This document shows positions 1 to 11,557 of a DNA stretch of 64,000 bases, piece after piece. Source of the stretch: Felis catus. Taxonomy: Eukaryota. Where the stretch lies: assembly GCF_018350175.1 (NCBI RefSeq), contig NC_058368.1, positions 16,308,001 through 16,372,000 of the forward strand, written 5' to 3'. The first letter of the stretch is position 1, and the number at the start of each line of letters is the position of its first letter. The translations under genes and the position numbers were made by a program. Below the pieces are notes generated by a model. It worked only from the letters and a program-made list of their open reading frames with translations, ran no database searches and was not told the DNA's origin.

Positions 1-1349
1 TCATTCTCTAAAAAGCACTGCCATTCTACAAAGCTGCTTACTATGGCAAGGACTTAACAAAAAAAAAAAAAGAATTCAATTTAACCTTCATAATATCTTC
101 ACCACTTCCCTCAAATCTTTGTTTTCCTAGCTGACAGTTAAACATTTGTGGATAGATGAGTAAATTCTGTATTAGATCATACAGAAAACCTTGATTCTAT
201 TACGGCTTTGGCTGTGTCACACTCTCCCTACAGTCTGAACGGAAATCTTGTATTTTTCAGACACATATTTTTCTATTGAGGGGAAATTTAATCATTGGTT
301 AAATAAAAATTATTTATTTTTACTATCGCTGAAGGGTCTCAACACTATATATAAGAGGTTTTACCTATATAAAATAAAGAATAAAGAAACAATTGCTTAA
401 AATATGTGTGGTCCCAAAAGAATTTACATCTTCTTGGACACAGTGATAACAAATTAAGCAGAAAAACCATCTTGGACAATACTTTGGAGAAATACCAACT
501 TTCAGTTGTGTTTCTCAGATATTTCAAGAAGTATTTTTGATTTTTGTAAATAATTTATATGCTTCTTTAAAACAATTTGTCATCTAAATACTTTCGTTTT
601 TAATAAAATGAACTAGAAATTTATTTATTCAAATGCCAATTATCCAAATAATATTTCATTAGTATTTACTATTTCTTTGAATAATTACCATTTAGAGTTT
701 GCATAAGATTTTGAATTCTTTTTTTTCTCCTTTGCTTTTAAAAGTAGGTCCTTTTAATGCCATAGACAGAGAACATTCATACTTTAAAGATTAATTTCAT
801 ATGCAAAATAATTTACATCTCCAGGTATAGATTATCACTCAAACTGTTAGAAGAAACAGATATTCATTCTCAAGAATGTAGTTTGGAAAAGAAAATTGCT
901 AAATGCACTGTCTTGTTTTTATTTCTAGATCTATGCACTTAAAAAATCTATAAACATGCTTTTTATTATTGTTGTGGGGGCAGTGAATACATTTTTTTAA
1001 ATATAAAAAGTATGTCAATTTAGACTTCTTTAAACAACTACCAATTTAAAAAGTATTCTTCTTTCAGATACTTAAAATATCCTTACAATTATCTGTATCA
1101 AAGAAAAAAAATATTCATTGCTCCCCAAGTTTATGCCATACAACTTTTTAAAGACCGTTTCAACTAGTAATCATTTCTTCATTATTATTACTTAAACTTC
1201 TGTTGAACTGATCAGTCTCTTAAGACAACGTATGATGTTGTCTTTTTCAACCTTATGAAAAGAAAAACCTGAATGTTCAGTCTTTAAAAAGTTGAAGAAT
1301 TCAGTCACCAGAACCTGTTAGGCGGGTTAGTGGTTTTCCTTTTACTAAC

Positions 1350-1433
1350 CTCCCTGAAGCAGTCTTTTAATTTCTTCATCTTCAAATAAATGACCATCAC
1401 CTCCTTCAATGAATTTGGTGACCTTGGTGACCT
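1350..1433 (-). CDS. POSTN: POSTN exon 21 (84 nt; cassette exon)
   Basis: EVTKVTKFIEGGDGHLFEDEEIKRLLQG; phase 1-1; cag / GTTAGT. Confidence 0.96.
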
Positions 1434-1824
1434 CTGAGAGGATACATGTTTATAGCAGAAATTGGTTTATGTAATAGAAACACAGGAGACTTGATGTGAT
1501 ACATAATGGCATCTGGCAAACAATGAATTCCAGACCAACACTTGGTTCTTTTTCTATCTTTAGCGTTGGTTTTTCATAAGTCAGTTTTCTTATAAGGCTA
1601 TTGAACTATATATCACAAAACAATTAATACAACCCAATGTCATTTGGATTTCATTCTCTATCTTTGGGCTTTTTTTCACATGCTGGCATGGAACTTGAAT
1701 GAAAGAACGAGATAGAGTAGAAAACCTGTAAAAGGGCTCAAAGATTATCTTAGACTGAAACAGGTAGCTTAGGTCAAGTCACATTTTAATTTTTCTACAC
1801 CTTCTTGCAATATTTATTGCTGAC

Positions 1825-1902
1825 CTTCCTGCAATAATTTCTTCAGTGTTTCTTCGGTTTCTCCACCACCAGTGGAAATCCTAGTGTATTTTATTTCAGG
1901 AC
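1825..1902 (-). CDS. POSTN: POSTN exon 20 (78 nt)
   Basis: GPEIKYTRISTGGGETEETLKKLLQE; phase 1-1; cag / GTCAGC. Confidence 0.96.
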
Positions 1903-1944
1903 CTGAAAGAAAGAAAAAAATTTTTTTTAAAAAAAGGTCTAAAA

Positions 1945-2146
1945 CAGCGATGGGCAAACTTCCTACCGAAAGGGCCAGATAGGAAGTATTTTAGACTTTG
2001 TAGGCCATACGGCTCGTGGTGCAGCTGTTCACATTGCCATTGTAGTGTGAAAATAGTTACACACGTTATATGAAGGACTGATCACACTGGGTTCCAAACA
2101 GAACTTTACATAAGTAGGTGGCGCAAGCCATAGTTGCTGACTGCTC
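1945..2146. mobile_element. MER58-like non-autonomous DNA transposon relic (hAT-Charlie)
   Basis: GGCAAAC..AAAGGGCCAGATAG..TATTTTAGACTTTGTAGGCCATACGG..GCCATAGTTGCTGAC resembles recalled MER58A. Confidence 0.7.
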
Positions 2147-2595
2147 ATTTAAACAAATACTTAAAACATAGCTGAATTCAGAATTTTAGGCTAATTCATT
2201 GGTGGGAGACTGACACAGTGGTTTGCTAAACTGATCAGTTGCCTTATACAAACTTGTGTATATTTCAGTATGTAGATGTGTAATAAACCTTAAGCTAAAT
2301 GGAAAATCAAAGGAGGGAATCGTTTTTCTTCTAGGATTTACTAACTCATTACAAATAGCAAGGGGAAAATGTTATGTCACATGTATGAATATGTATAATA
2401 AAAACACATGCTTATCATGCTTATAGATTAGTCCACAAATTCCAATTCAGAGAAAAACACAGATTAAATAGTTAGGATAATATTATTGCTGTCAAAAAAT
2501 GATGTATCTTCAGTAACCACCATGAAAATGACTTAGTCAATTTCTCTAGTGATTCTTATAGAGACAGAGCTTTTTTTAAGATTTACTATGGTTTT

Positions 2596-2824
2596 GGGGC
2601 GCCTGGGTGGCGCAGTCGGTTAGGCGTCCGACTTCAGCCAGGTCACGATCTCGCGGTCCGTGAGTTCGAGCCCCGCGTCGGGCTCTGGGCTGATGGCTCA
2701 GAGCCTGGAGCCTGTTTCCGATTCTGTGTCTCCCTCTCTCTCTGCCCCTCCCCCGTTCATGCTCTGTCTCTCTCTGTCCCAAAAATAAATAAACGTTGAA
2801 AAAAAAATTTAATAAAAAAAAAAA
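2596..2824 (+). mobile_element. Young Can-SINE (SINEC_Fc type), intron 19
   Basis: tRNA-derived head, CT tract and A tail with CpGs intact; perfect 18-bp TSD AAGATTTACTATGGTTTT at 2578-2595 and 2825-2842. Confidence 0.97.
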
Positions 2825-2888
2825 AAGATTTACTATGGTTTTATCTTTATAATTCAAGCATAGTTCCATGTATGGAATCAAAGATTAC

Positions 2889-2978
2889 CTGTAATGATTC
2901 GTTCTTCTCTTGTCTCTTTTTCGGTTATTTCCACAGGCACTCCATCAATGATTTTAGTGTATTTTTTAATAATTGGCT
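2889..2978 (-). CDS. POSTN: POSTN exon 19 (90 nt; cassette exon)
   Basis: EPIIKKYTKIIDGVPVEITEKETREERIIT; phase 1-1; tag / GTAATC. Confidence 0.96.
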
Positions 2979-3649
2979 CTAAAAGTAGGGGAAGAAAAAT
3001 TCATATGGTATATCCCCTTATGATGTCTAAACTGCCAAATGTAGACATTTTCATTATTAAATATATTTCTCAAAGCCATACCATTTAGAATTCAAACATA
3101 ATCATTTGGGGGACATATCTTAAATAGGTTTAGATCAACAAATGTCTAAAAACTGTAGCAGTTATGTCCTGAATCTTGGGTGAGGGAGAGAGCTAACTCT
3201 CCATGCCATACTTATTTTCTGACAATGGAGTGAGTGTTTAGTAAGAATCCAGGGAATTATACATCATTAGAGTGGGAACCCTGCTGGAGAGTCCCAGCAG
3301 TGACTGATTAGTCAACCTTATACAATGGTCATTTTTTCTTCTAAATCCAATAGATCACTTTGTATTGACATTATTATTATCATTATATTTCATAATCATC
3401 ACTTGCATATGCATGATATGCATATGTTGGACCTGGTGGCTTAATGGTTAAATTAACTCCAATTTGTTACATTGGCTTAATTTCATTAAAGGTAAATTGT
3501 ATTTTATTTGTAAGTGAGAAAAGTATTCCCACAATTTATATAAAAAGAAAGCCAAGAGAAAACATCAGATGTTCAATATATTTAACCAACACTATTTCAA
3601 AATAATCACAGTGATCCTAACTAGGCTTTAGGAAATACACATAACGCAC

Positions 3650-3739
3650 CTCCATGGATCACTTCAGTTACTGTTTCACCTTCTTTAATCAGTCTGAGCT
3701 CAGGTTCACCTTCAATTTTGACCTTTGTTATTGTGGGTC
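3650..3739 (-). CDS. POSTN: POSTN exon 18 (90 nt; cassette exon)
   Basis: GPTITKVKIEGEPELRLIKEGETVTEVIHG; phase 1-1; cag / GTGCGT. Confidence 0.96.
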
Positions 3740-6700
3740 CTGAGGTATTGTTTTAGGAGACAAATTATCATGTTAAGGCAGTTCTTTAACTTTGACAGAA
3801 CAGGAAATTTGTTTTAACACTTGGTGTTATTCAAACATCAAAGTGTTTTTGGGTTCTATGAAATCAATTTTAAACATTTCCCATTGTCTTCAAATTAAGC
3901 AGTATTTATGAGACCAAATGACTCAGTCTATTGGTGTGCTACTACAATTACTTTCATGATTCATGTTTTAGCATTTAGCATAAGTTCATCCATTCATTTG
4001 CAGTTGTGAAGTAGAATCACACAAGGTATTATATGTCGCTGTACTTTGTGAATTATACAGTATGTACAAATTTAAGTTGCTCTAATGATAAGTAATTTAG
4101 ATCTTACTTTACTATGCTGATATCATCTATAACTTTCATTAAATTTTTAAATTTAATTTTTAATTACTCAATACTGTACACTTTTTATCAAATGTGCATA
4201 AGACTGAACATTTAAAAAAACCTCAACCTTTGGTACATATATTTAAGACACCGAATTTCAGATTTTCTGGGAAAATGAATTTGAGTACTTACCTTATATA
4301 TGAAAATTATTTATTGATTAATAATTACTAATTATTTTAATAATTAATATACTAATTAATAATAAAACAGTCCTTCAAATGCAGAAGTTAAACAAATGTT
4401 GCATTTGACTTACAAAATGATTTTGCTCCCAGAGAAAATCATTTTGAATGTTAGAAAGCTGATTACTACATTAGTTGACCAAGACTATTTTATAGAGAAG
4501 AAAAGTAAAGTTCAGTACATTTAACTCATACTGTAACACCCTTCAGCAGTTGAATGTCACTGTATTTGCTTATCCTTGAGAGGCTTTATTTGTTTGTCCA
4601 GAAATTTTCAATGTTACACCATTACCCAGAGTTAGTCTAAAACAATCTAAAATAATGAAGATAATTGTTCATTCAAATAATAAATGAATGATATCATAAT
4701 ATTTGATCTGTGGGACCAAGGGATATTGAGCATCAAGTGTAAGTCCAGGTTTTTAAGGTGTAGAAATTTCAAAAGGAAAATACACCTAAGGAATTTAAGA
4801 ACAGAAATGAGTTAATAAAACATCCAAATCAACATTTCTTTTGGAAAAGCCTAAACTGAAATTTCAGAAACACCCTCTATCATGATGCTCTATGAAGGTA
4901 GGGATTTTTCGCAAATCTTTTTTTTTTTTTTTCACATTTACTGCCAGCACTTAGGAGAATGCCTAGCACTATAATAAGATGCTCAGTAAGTGTTTGTTGA
5001 AATGAATTTCAGTTGATTTATTCTTAATTCTATAATTGGTTAAGTACCCTTTATAAGAAATACTTTAAATTGTATTTTGGAGTCTAGTATATACTTAGTA
5101 AGAATTCAGGAGTCATTAATGAACCTGCAAAAGTTCAGTGATAGGGAAATGCCAGTAGCAATGTTAGCGCTGGACAATTGTGAATGGCTGTCAAGATAAT
5201 TACGTATTTCCTTCAGTATGTTACACAGACATAAAACTTCTGAATCTTTGAACTTAAAAATTTTTAATACATTGGTGACATGACCCCATTTGTCATCCTT
5301 GTTCCCTGTCTAGGAAGAACCCAGGTAGAGTTGATGCTCCACTGGGTGCCTAATTCAAGAAAGATTAATACAATAGAATCCCACTGGCAAAAATCGGGAA
5401 GATAAATGGGTTGAAGAAGCTTGAAAGAAAAGATAGGAATCTTTGGAAATAAGAAAAACACATGTAAATGATTTTGATTATAGAAGCTGTGTACAAGTGA
5501 TTATATAAATTTTTAGGGAATCTAATTTTAAAAAGAGTATAAGAATGTTAAAATCAAATGTATTACCAAGCATTACTTGATAATTTTCATTAAAATGATC
5601 AAGAAAAATTTCTCAACAAAAATTTAAGTGATTTAATTTCTTAAGACACCAAATTCTCATCAAAATATAAAAGAAATCAAATGACCATAGGTGTAGTATT
5701 TTTTTAGTAAGCACAGATTTCAAAGCCTACATCAATTATCAAATTTAGGTCTCAAGAATAAAAATATAGATAATTAGCTAGGAAATAAACTTTTATATGT
5801 ATGTTTCCAATATTTAAATGTAAATCATGGCCTGCCTTTAAAGGAACTAACAAAAATATTCAAGAAATTGCCATCTCAATCTATAGAATGAGAAGAAATA
5901 TCAAAAATAATCAAAGTTATATCAAATAATCAAAAATAATTAAAGTAATAGTTTTTTTGACATTCAATTGAGAACATGATTTATCCTTTTTTTTGAAGAT
6001 TGTTTCTATCCTTCTTAAGAATAAAGGAGAAATCCTGGTCTTTTCACTGTGGTCAGTCACCACATTAAGATGCTTAGACATAAAAATAAAACGTTCTTAC
6101 GGTCTGACCCTTGGTAATAATTAAAATGCATGAAATAAAGGTGGCATCAAAAATGTTGGAGTTGGCTAACAGACAGTGACGGTACAAAGAAAACTATTTA
6201 ATATTCTAGTCTGAAATACCAGAAGGAAAATAAATATACCAATTGATGTATATTATATATATGTGTATAAGAATATGTGTATTCTCAATATGTAAGTTCA
6301 GGACTGCAATTAAGAATACTTATTTCTTTTTGACTTAATGCACCAGCTGCTTATTCCTTCATCTGTTTCTGGTGGTCTGATTTAAAAATATATCATATGT
6401 GGTTATTATTTTAAAAGCTTTCATCAATGTACAGCTTCAGTGCTCTCTTAGATGGTTGAATGAAAAATGCCTGTATTTTTGGAAGAGCTTCTTATAACAA
6501 GATATCCATGTGGGGAGATTGGAGATAAAGCTACAAAATAGTACACTGAAGGAGTCTAATTGCAGTATAAAATAAAGCTCGGATTTTTTTGTTTATTTCT
6601 TTGTTTACTTATGTATTTATCTGGGTTCTAGTGCTAATGCAATGGCCAATTAGGTTGAAATGAAATCAAGTACAAGCAAATGTACTGAAAGTATTAGGAA

Positions 6701-6881
6701 TGCACCATCTACTCTGCTAAATAATTTGCATTCCGCATTCTGCAATCACATGAGCATGCCATTGATATAGAAATATTTAGCATGTTAGTTTCAAAAAGAA
6801 TGCAGATACATTCATAGAAATCAGTCTATTACTTGGATTTTTTTCCACAAAGAAGGAACCATGTATAACAGTTGATTTTAC

Positions 6882-6962
6882 CTTCAGTTTTGATAATAGG
6901 CTGAAGACTGCCTTCAATCACTTTAATTTTTGGTTCCACAACTTTGGTTATAATTTTAGTTG
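6882..6962 (-). CDS. POSTN: POSTN exon 17 (81 nt; cassette exon)
   Basis: TTKIITKVVEPKIKVIEGSLQPIIKTE; phase 1-1; cag / GTAAAA. Confidence 0.96.
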
Positions 6963-7797
6963 CTGAAAGTATAGAAAGTGGAACATAAATGATGTTTACA
7001 TAAAAACAACCTGAATAAAATTGTCCTCTCTCTCTTTGTCTTAATCTTTGCTGGGTACTAAGATATAAGGGGTGGTAATGTGTTCAGGCAGTCAGGTCCA
7101 GTAAATATTCATGGTACATTATCTATCGTCTTCTCATGTCCAGATGGTGTACTCTGAAGTCCAGACACATGGATTTGTTCCAGTGAAATATATACACACT
7201 AAGTGAGGAATTCTATCTAGAGACCTGTAATTTTGAACTGCAACACTAAAGCTCTTTACCTTCTTTAGTACTTCTTGAAAATATTGGCTGCATAGCAACA
7301 GAAGACAAATAAACATGATTAATTTCATGCGATTCATAATATCTTCAATTGCATTGTTGGGTTTTTTTTCTCATAAGAAAAAAATGAAAGACAAAGACAA
7401 AATATTTTTCATGCATTTGATAACAGTGATATAGAGAGGAAAATATGAAAAAATAGTTCAAAATAATTAAAAGTAAAAACAAATTTCAACCAGCCAAATA
7501 TGAGCTCTATGCAACAAATATGATATGATCAGTATTTAAATTATAGGGTAAAATGTTTAGTTTTCAGCCTTAATATCATCATCATTTTTTTAAAACTTAG
7601 AAGTATGTATTTGAAATGTGCCATCCATCCAACTCAGAAAATAATATGCAAAATGTATTTAAAATAGCAGCAAACTATTTGGTTGACTTTTTTTTTTTTT
7701 TGTACAGATTAACTGGAAATGTGCCTCTGGAGCCATACAACCAGAGCTACTGGCTTTTGTCATTTCTACTTAGAAACCTTAAAAGATGGCTCCATTA

Positions 7798-8252
7798 GGG
7801 GTGCCTGGGTGACTCAGTCAGTTAAGCTTCTGACTTCAGCTCAGGTCATGATCTCACAGCTTGTGGGTTCAAGTCCTGTGTCAGGCTCTGTGCTGACAGC
7901 TCAGAGCCTGGAGCCTACTTCAGATTCTGTGTCTCCCTCTCTCTCTACCCCCCTCCACCCCAACTCACTCTCTGTCTGTCTCTCTCTTTCTCTCAAAAAT
8001 AAACATTAGGGGCGCCTGGGTGGCTCAGTCAGTTGAGCAGCTGACTTCGGCTCAGGTCATGATCTCACAGCTCGTGAGTTTGAGCCCCACGTCCGGCTCT
8101 GTGCTGACAGCTCAGAGCCTGGAGCCTGCTTCGGATTCTGTGTCTCCCTCTCTCTCTGTTCCTCCCCTGCTCATTCTCTGTCTCTCAAAAATACATAAAC
8201 ATTAAAAATAAATTTTAAAAATAAATAAACATTAAAAATGTTTTTTTTTTTT
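7798..8252 (+). mobile_element. Can-SINE with a second Can-SINE (8009-~8222) nested in its tail, intron 16
   Basis: Two heads (7798, 8009); outer TSD ~AAAAGATGGCTCCATTA at 7781-7797 and 8253-8269 (2 mismatches); inner TSD AAATAAACATTA at 7997-8008 and 8223-8234. Confidence 0.93.
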
Positions 8253-10404
8253 AAATGACGGCTCCATTAGATAGTGGGCCACACTAAAGCTAACTGCAAT
8301 TATAACAGATTGTGTTGACACATTAGAGATGAGATGTTAGCACAATTTGGGTTTCTGTCACATTCTCACCTTTGGTTTCTGAAATGTTTAGCTGTGTCAA
8401 CTTTTAAAAATTCCTATGAGTTCCAGACCTTAATTGTGACTATGTTTCAGTCATATCAAATTTTATATCTTGAAATCTTAAATTATGAAGCTCTAAAATA
8501 TATCAAATCTATGCATCTAATTACTGATCCCACAAGTGGTCTTGCCACAGGAAACCTTTCCATGAAAACTAAATCCACAGAGGTCTCTGCTGCTACTATC
8601 AAAATGGGTTAATTACTTTTAGCATAAATTTTCAAGTGGGACTCAAAGTATGGGATGTTGCTATAGGTTGGTAGCTTTGTTTCAATCTTGCTTGACTGAA
8701 GACTTAAATAGTTTTGACAAGTCCTGGGCTGAGGATCAAATACTGATTTTATTCTGCTGTACCTCAAATGTTATGTATTTGACAACATATACTAAAGAGA
8801 ATTTTTTTCCCCATACAATTGAAAACTATGATATTTTGGGGATAAGAATAATATATAGCAAGGAAATTAAAGAAATTTTAGAGACAAGTCAATAAAGGAA
8901 CATAAAAATGGAATCTTAGTTTTAATTATTCTCCACCTCTATTTGAGGGACACTTATAAATAGCAGCATTCCCATGTGGGGAGGAGTTAAAGAAACATCT
9001 GGCATCAGAATGCAAATCTCTGTGCAGTTTCAAGAGCTTTGAGTAGGTAGACAAGGTGTATTAGACTTACATATTTTCGTAAATCGTAACGTATTTTCTG
9101 TGAGTGAGGATCCAATTTTAAGAGAGGAAAATAAAGGAATTATAAGATTGTGGCTCACTCTAAGCAAAATATTGCATTGGCACATGTAGAAAGTAGTGGA
9201 CCTTTAATGGATAAAGCAGGAAAGGTAAAGAAATGTAGTATAGTTATACATCTTTAGTGAGAAAGATGACATAACATTTCTGATGAATAGAGCCCATAAT
9301 GATTCTTTAATTTGTTATAAAATATATACAAGATTGTATACTTCCATACTGGAATTTATACCTGGTTGAATCATAGCTATTCCAGCTCCATCTTTCAAAC
9401 AGTGCTGAGCTGGCCTGATACTGGATTTGCATGTGTTATTATTACATCATTGAAATCAGCAGACATTTTGTTTTGCTCCTTACATTTTCTTTATTCCTTT
9501 TCCATATCTAGTGTAAATCTTAAGGAATTTTTTCTATTAAATAACAGAATGATCACAGTATAAAATGGAGTTACTTTCTAGCCAGGGTAAATGTGGGAAT
9601 TGAAGTAATCCTTTAACTACTGGTGCATTTTGAGTGTTTAATTGTAGAGTCAAAACAAAATGAAAAGAATTTCTGCTTTGAAAGCTACAACAAAGGAAAG
9701 AAAAAGACAAATGACGAAAAAAACACATTGGAAAAAGAATACTACACGTCACAGTTATGAGAATGAAATGCCCTTTACCATTGTTAAGTAGTAGAGGTTT
9801 AATTTTGATAATCTGGTAAAGTCAGGGATAAAAGAACCTTGGAATCTAGGAACTTAGGTTTATTGCCTGGCAAAGACCAATTTTTGGATTTGGATTTCTC
9901 AACATCCACTTTTGGATGGGGAGAGTTTTTGAACTGCCAATTCATAAACATTAGGATTCTTTGGCACACCCCTCCCACCGTGCCCTTAGAAAGCTGATGG
10001 CTTGAGGGTGGAATGAACTACAAATCCTTCAGCAGTGTTACTTCTGTGTCCATACATCTGAATTTTCAGATAGCTCTGGAATGCCTTTTGGCTGTCTCTC
10101 CTCTTCGTATGTTTGTATGTCTTTTTTTTTCCATGCTAGCAATTATGTTTTACTGCTATTCCCATATCCTCTCATTCTTGTTTTTCAGATGAATGGGAAA
10201 GTGGTCCATAGAGGCTGAATGGTAATGGCCCTGGCTGAGAGGTCTCATCCAGACCTTAAGCCTGTGTCAAGTGGATGAAATTTGCCATTGTTTGGAATTC
10301 TAAATACCAGATTATCAATAATTTCCAAGTACAAAGTAAATATTGTGTTTTCTTTTTTGTACATCTTGTCACTTGTATATGACAAATATTCATTATGTAC
10401 TTAC

Positions 10405-10450
10405 TGTAGACAGTCATGGGGATTTCTTTGAAGGTGCTACCACGAACAAA
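10405..10450 (-). CDS. POSTN: POSTN exon 16 (46 nt)
   Basis: FVRGSTFKEIPMTVY; cag / GTAAGT. Confidence 0.96.
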
Positions 10451-11174
10451 CTGAAAATAAATACACTTGTATTTAGTAACATGAAATTAGTAGTTTTATT
10501 AACAAAATTATGGCACCACTTTAATTCTTACTAAAGTGAAAATAGTGAAGGTATCATTACATTTAATAGAAATGAAGTCTTCATATAAACCATTTTACAA
10601 TCTCCTGCTATTGGGTCAGATGGCATAAAAATTATTGAAGGTGTTACTCAAGAGTCTTAAAAATTATGGAATAGTTAATCCAAAGTTAAATGTTTATTAA
10701 ATAATATTTCATATGTTTTCTGATACTTTGACTTTATAAGGATAAAGGGGGAAAATACTTTTTTGCCTTTAACTACTGTGATTAGTGATAATTTTTTTAC
10801 AAGTACATACTTTCTCTTTCCCTTATATTCTGTAGCAAAGGCATTTGGTGATAGAAAGATTATAGTATTTTTTATCTGCATTTCTTTTCTTTCCAACTGG
10901 ACTGTATTTTTTAAATAAAGGGACATCTCTGATTCAGCTTAACATTTCCCATTATAGTTAATACAGTGCTTGAGCCCAAGTAGGTTTCAGAGATATTTGT
11001 AGAATAAAACCATAAAGAAATTATCTCATTTACTCACGGGTGAGCCAGTGGTACATAATCTACAAAGAGCGGTCCAAGTCCAGGGTACATCTAAGCTACT
11101 CATGTATACATTTCTAGTCTTTTATGTAAAACCTGCAATATCTGTTTAGGAACAAATCCAATAATGTTCTGTAC

Positions 11175-11242
11175 CTTAATCTGGATGTATTTGATCAGTT
11201 TATTAAGGATTTCCAGTAGCTGATCATTTCCAACAGGTGTGT
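11175..11242 (-). CDS. POSTN: POSTN exon 15 (68 nt)
   Basis: DTPVGNDQLLEILNKLIKYIQIK; tag / GTACAG. Confidence 0.96.
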
Positions 11243-11348
11243 CTATGAAGAGGAATATTAAATTAATATTGATAAGAGCATTTGAAATACAAATATACGC
11301 TTCTATTGAAAAAGATGTAGCCCACTAGTGAGTTCAGTAATTACCAAC

Positions 11349-11451
11349 CTGCTGGGTAGAGGAGTTTATCTACAACATGAATGACACCATTCGTTGTCAT
11401 GATGTCAGATTCTTTTGATTTCACTTCATTCACCAGAAGTGTATCATTTAC
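11349..11451 (-). CDS. POSTN: POSTN exon 14 (103 nt)
   Basis: VNDTLLVNEVKSKESDIMTTNGVIHVVDKLLYPA; tag / GTTGGT. Confidence 0.96.
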
Positions 11452-11557
11452 CTATCAAAACAGGGGATAACATCAGTGAGAAGTTTAATGAAAAATTAAC
11501 ACGAAGATAATTGAGCAATAAGTGAATGCTATCATAAATTCATTCTAGAGAACTCAC

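Noticed and set aside
1269..1314. Apparent branch point plus AG just after exon 21, suggesting a mutually exclusive exon
   Set aside because: No pyrimidine tract, 46-nt length, early stop in phase 1 and a poor donor; better explained as a QKI-type motif.
2596..2670. tRNA-like A and B boxes
   Set aside because: tRNA-derived SINE heads, not tRNA genes; the same applies to all SINE copies.
7260..7369. Cryptic exon candidate in intron 16 (good pyrimidine tract, AAG|GTAAAG donor)
   Set aside because: Rare GAG acceptor, 110 nt (frameshifting) and no similarity to periostin repeats.
11243..11557. Introns 13 and 14 are both exactly 106 nt
   Set aside because: No sequence similarity between them; most likely coincidence.
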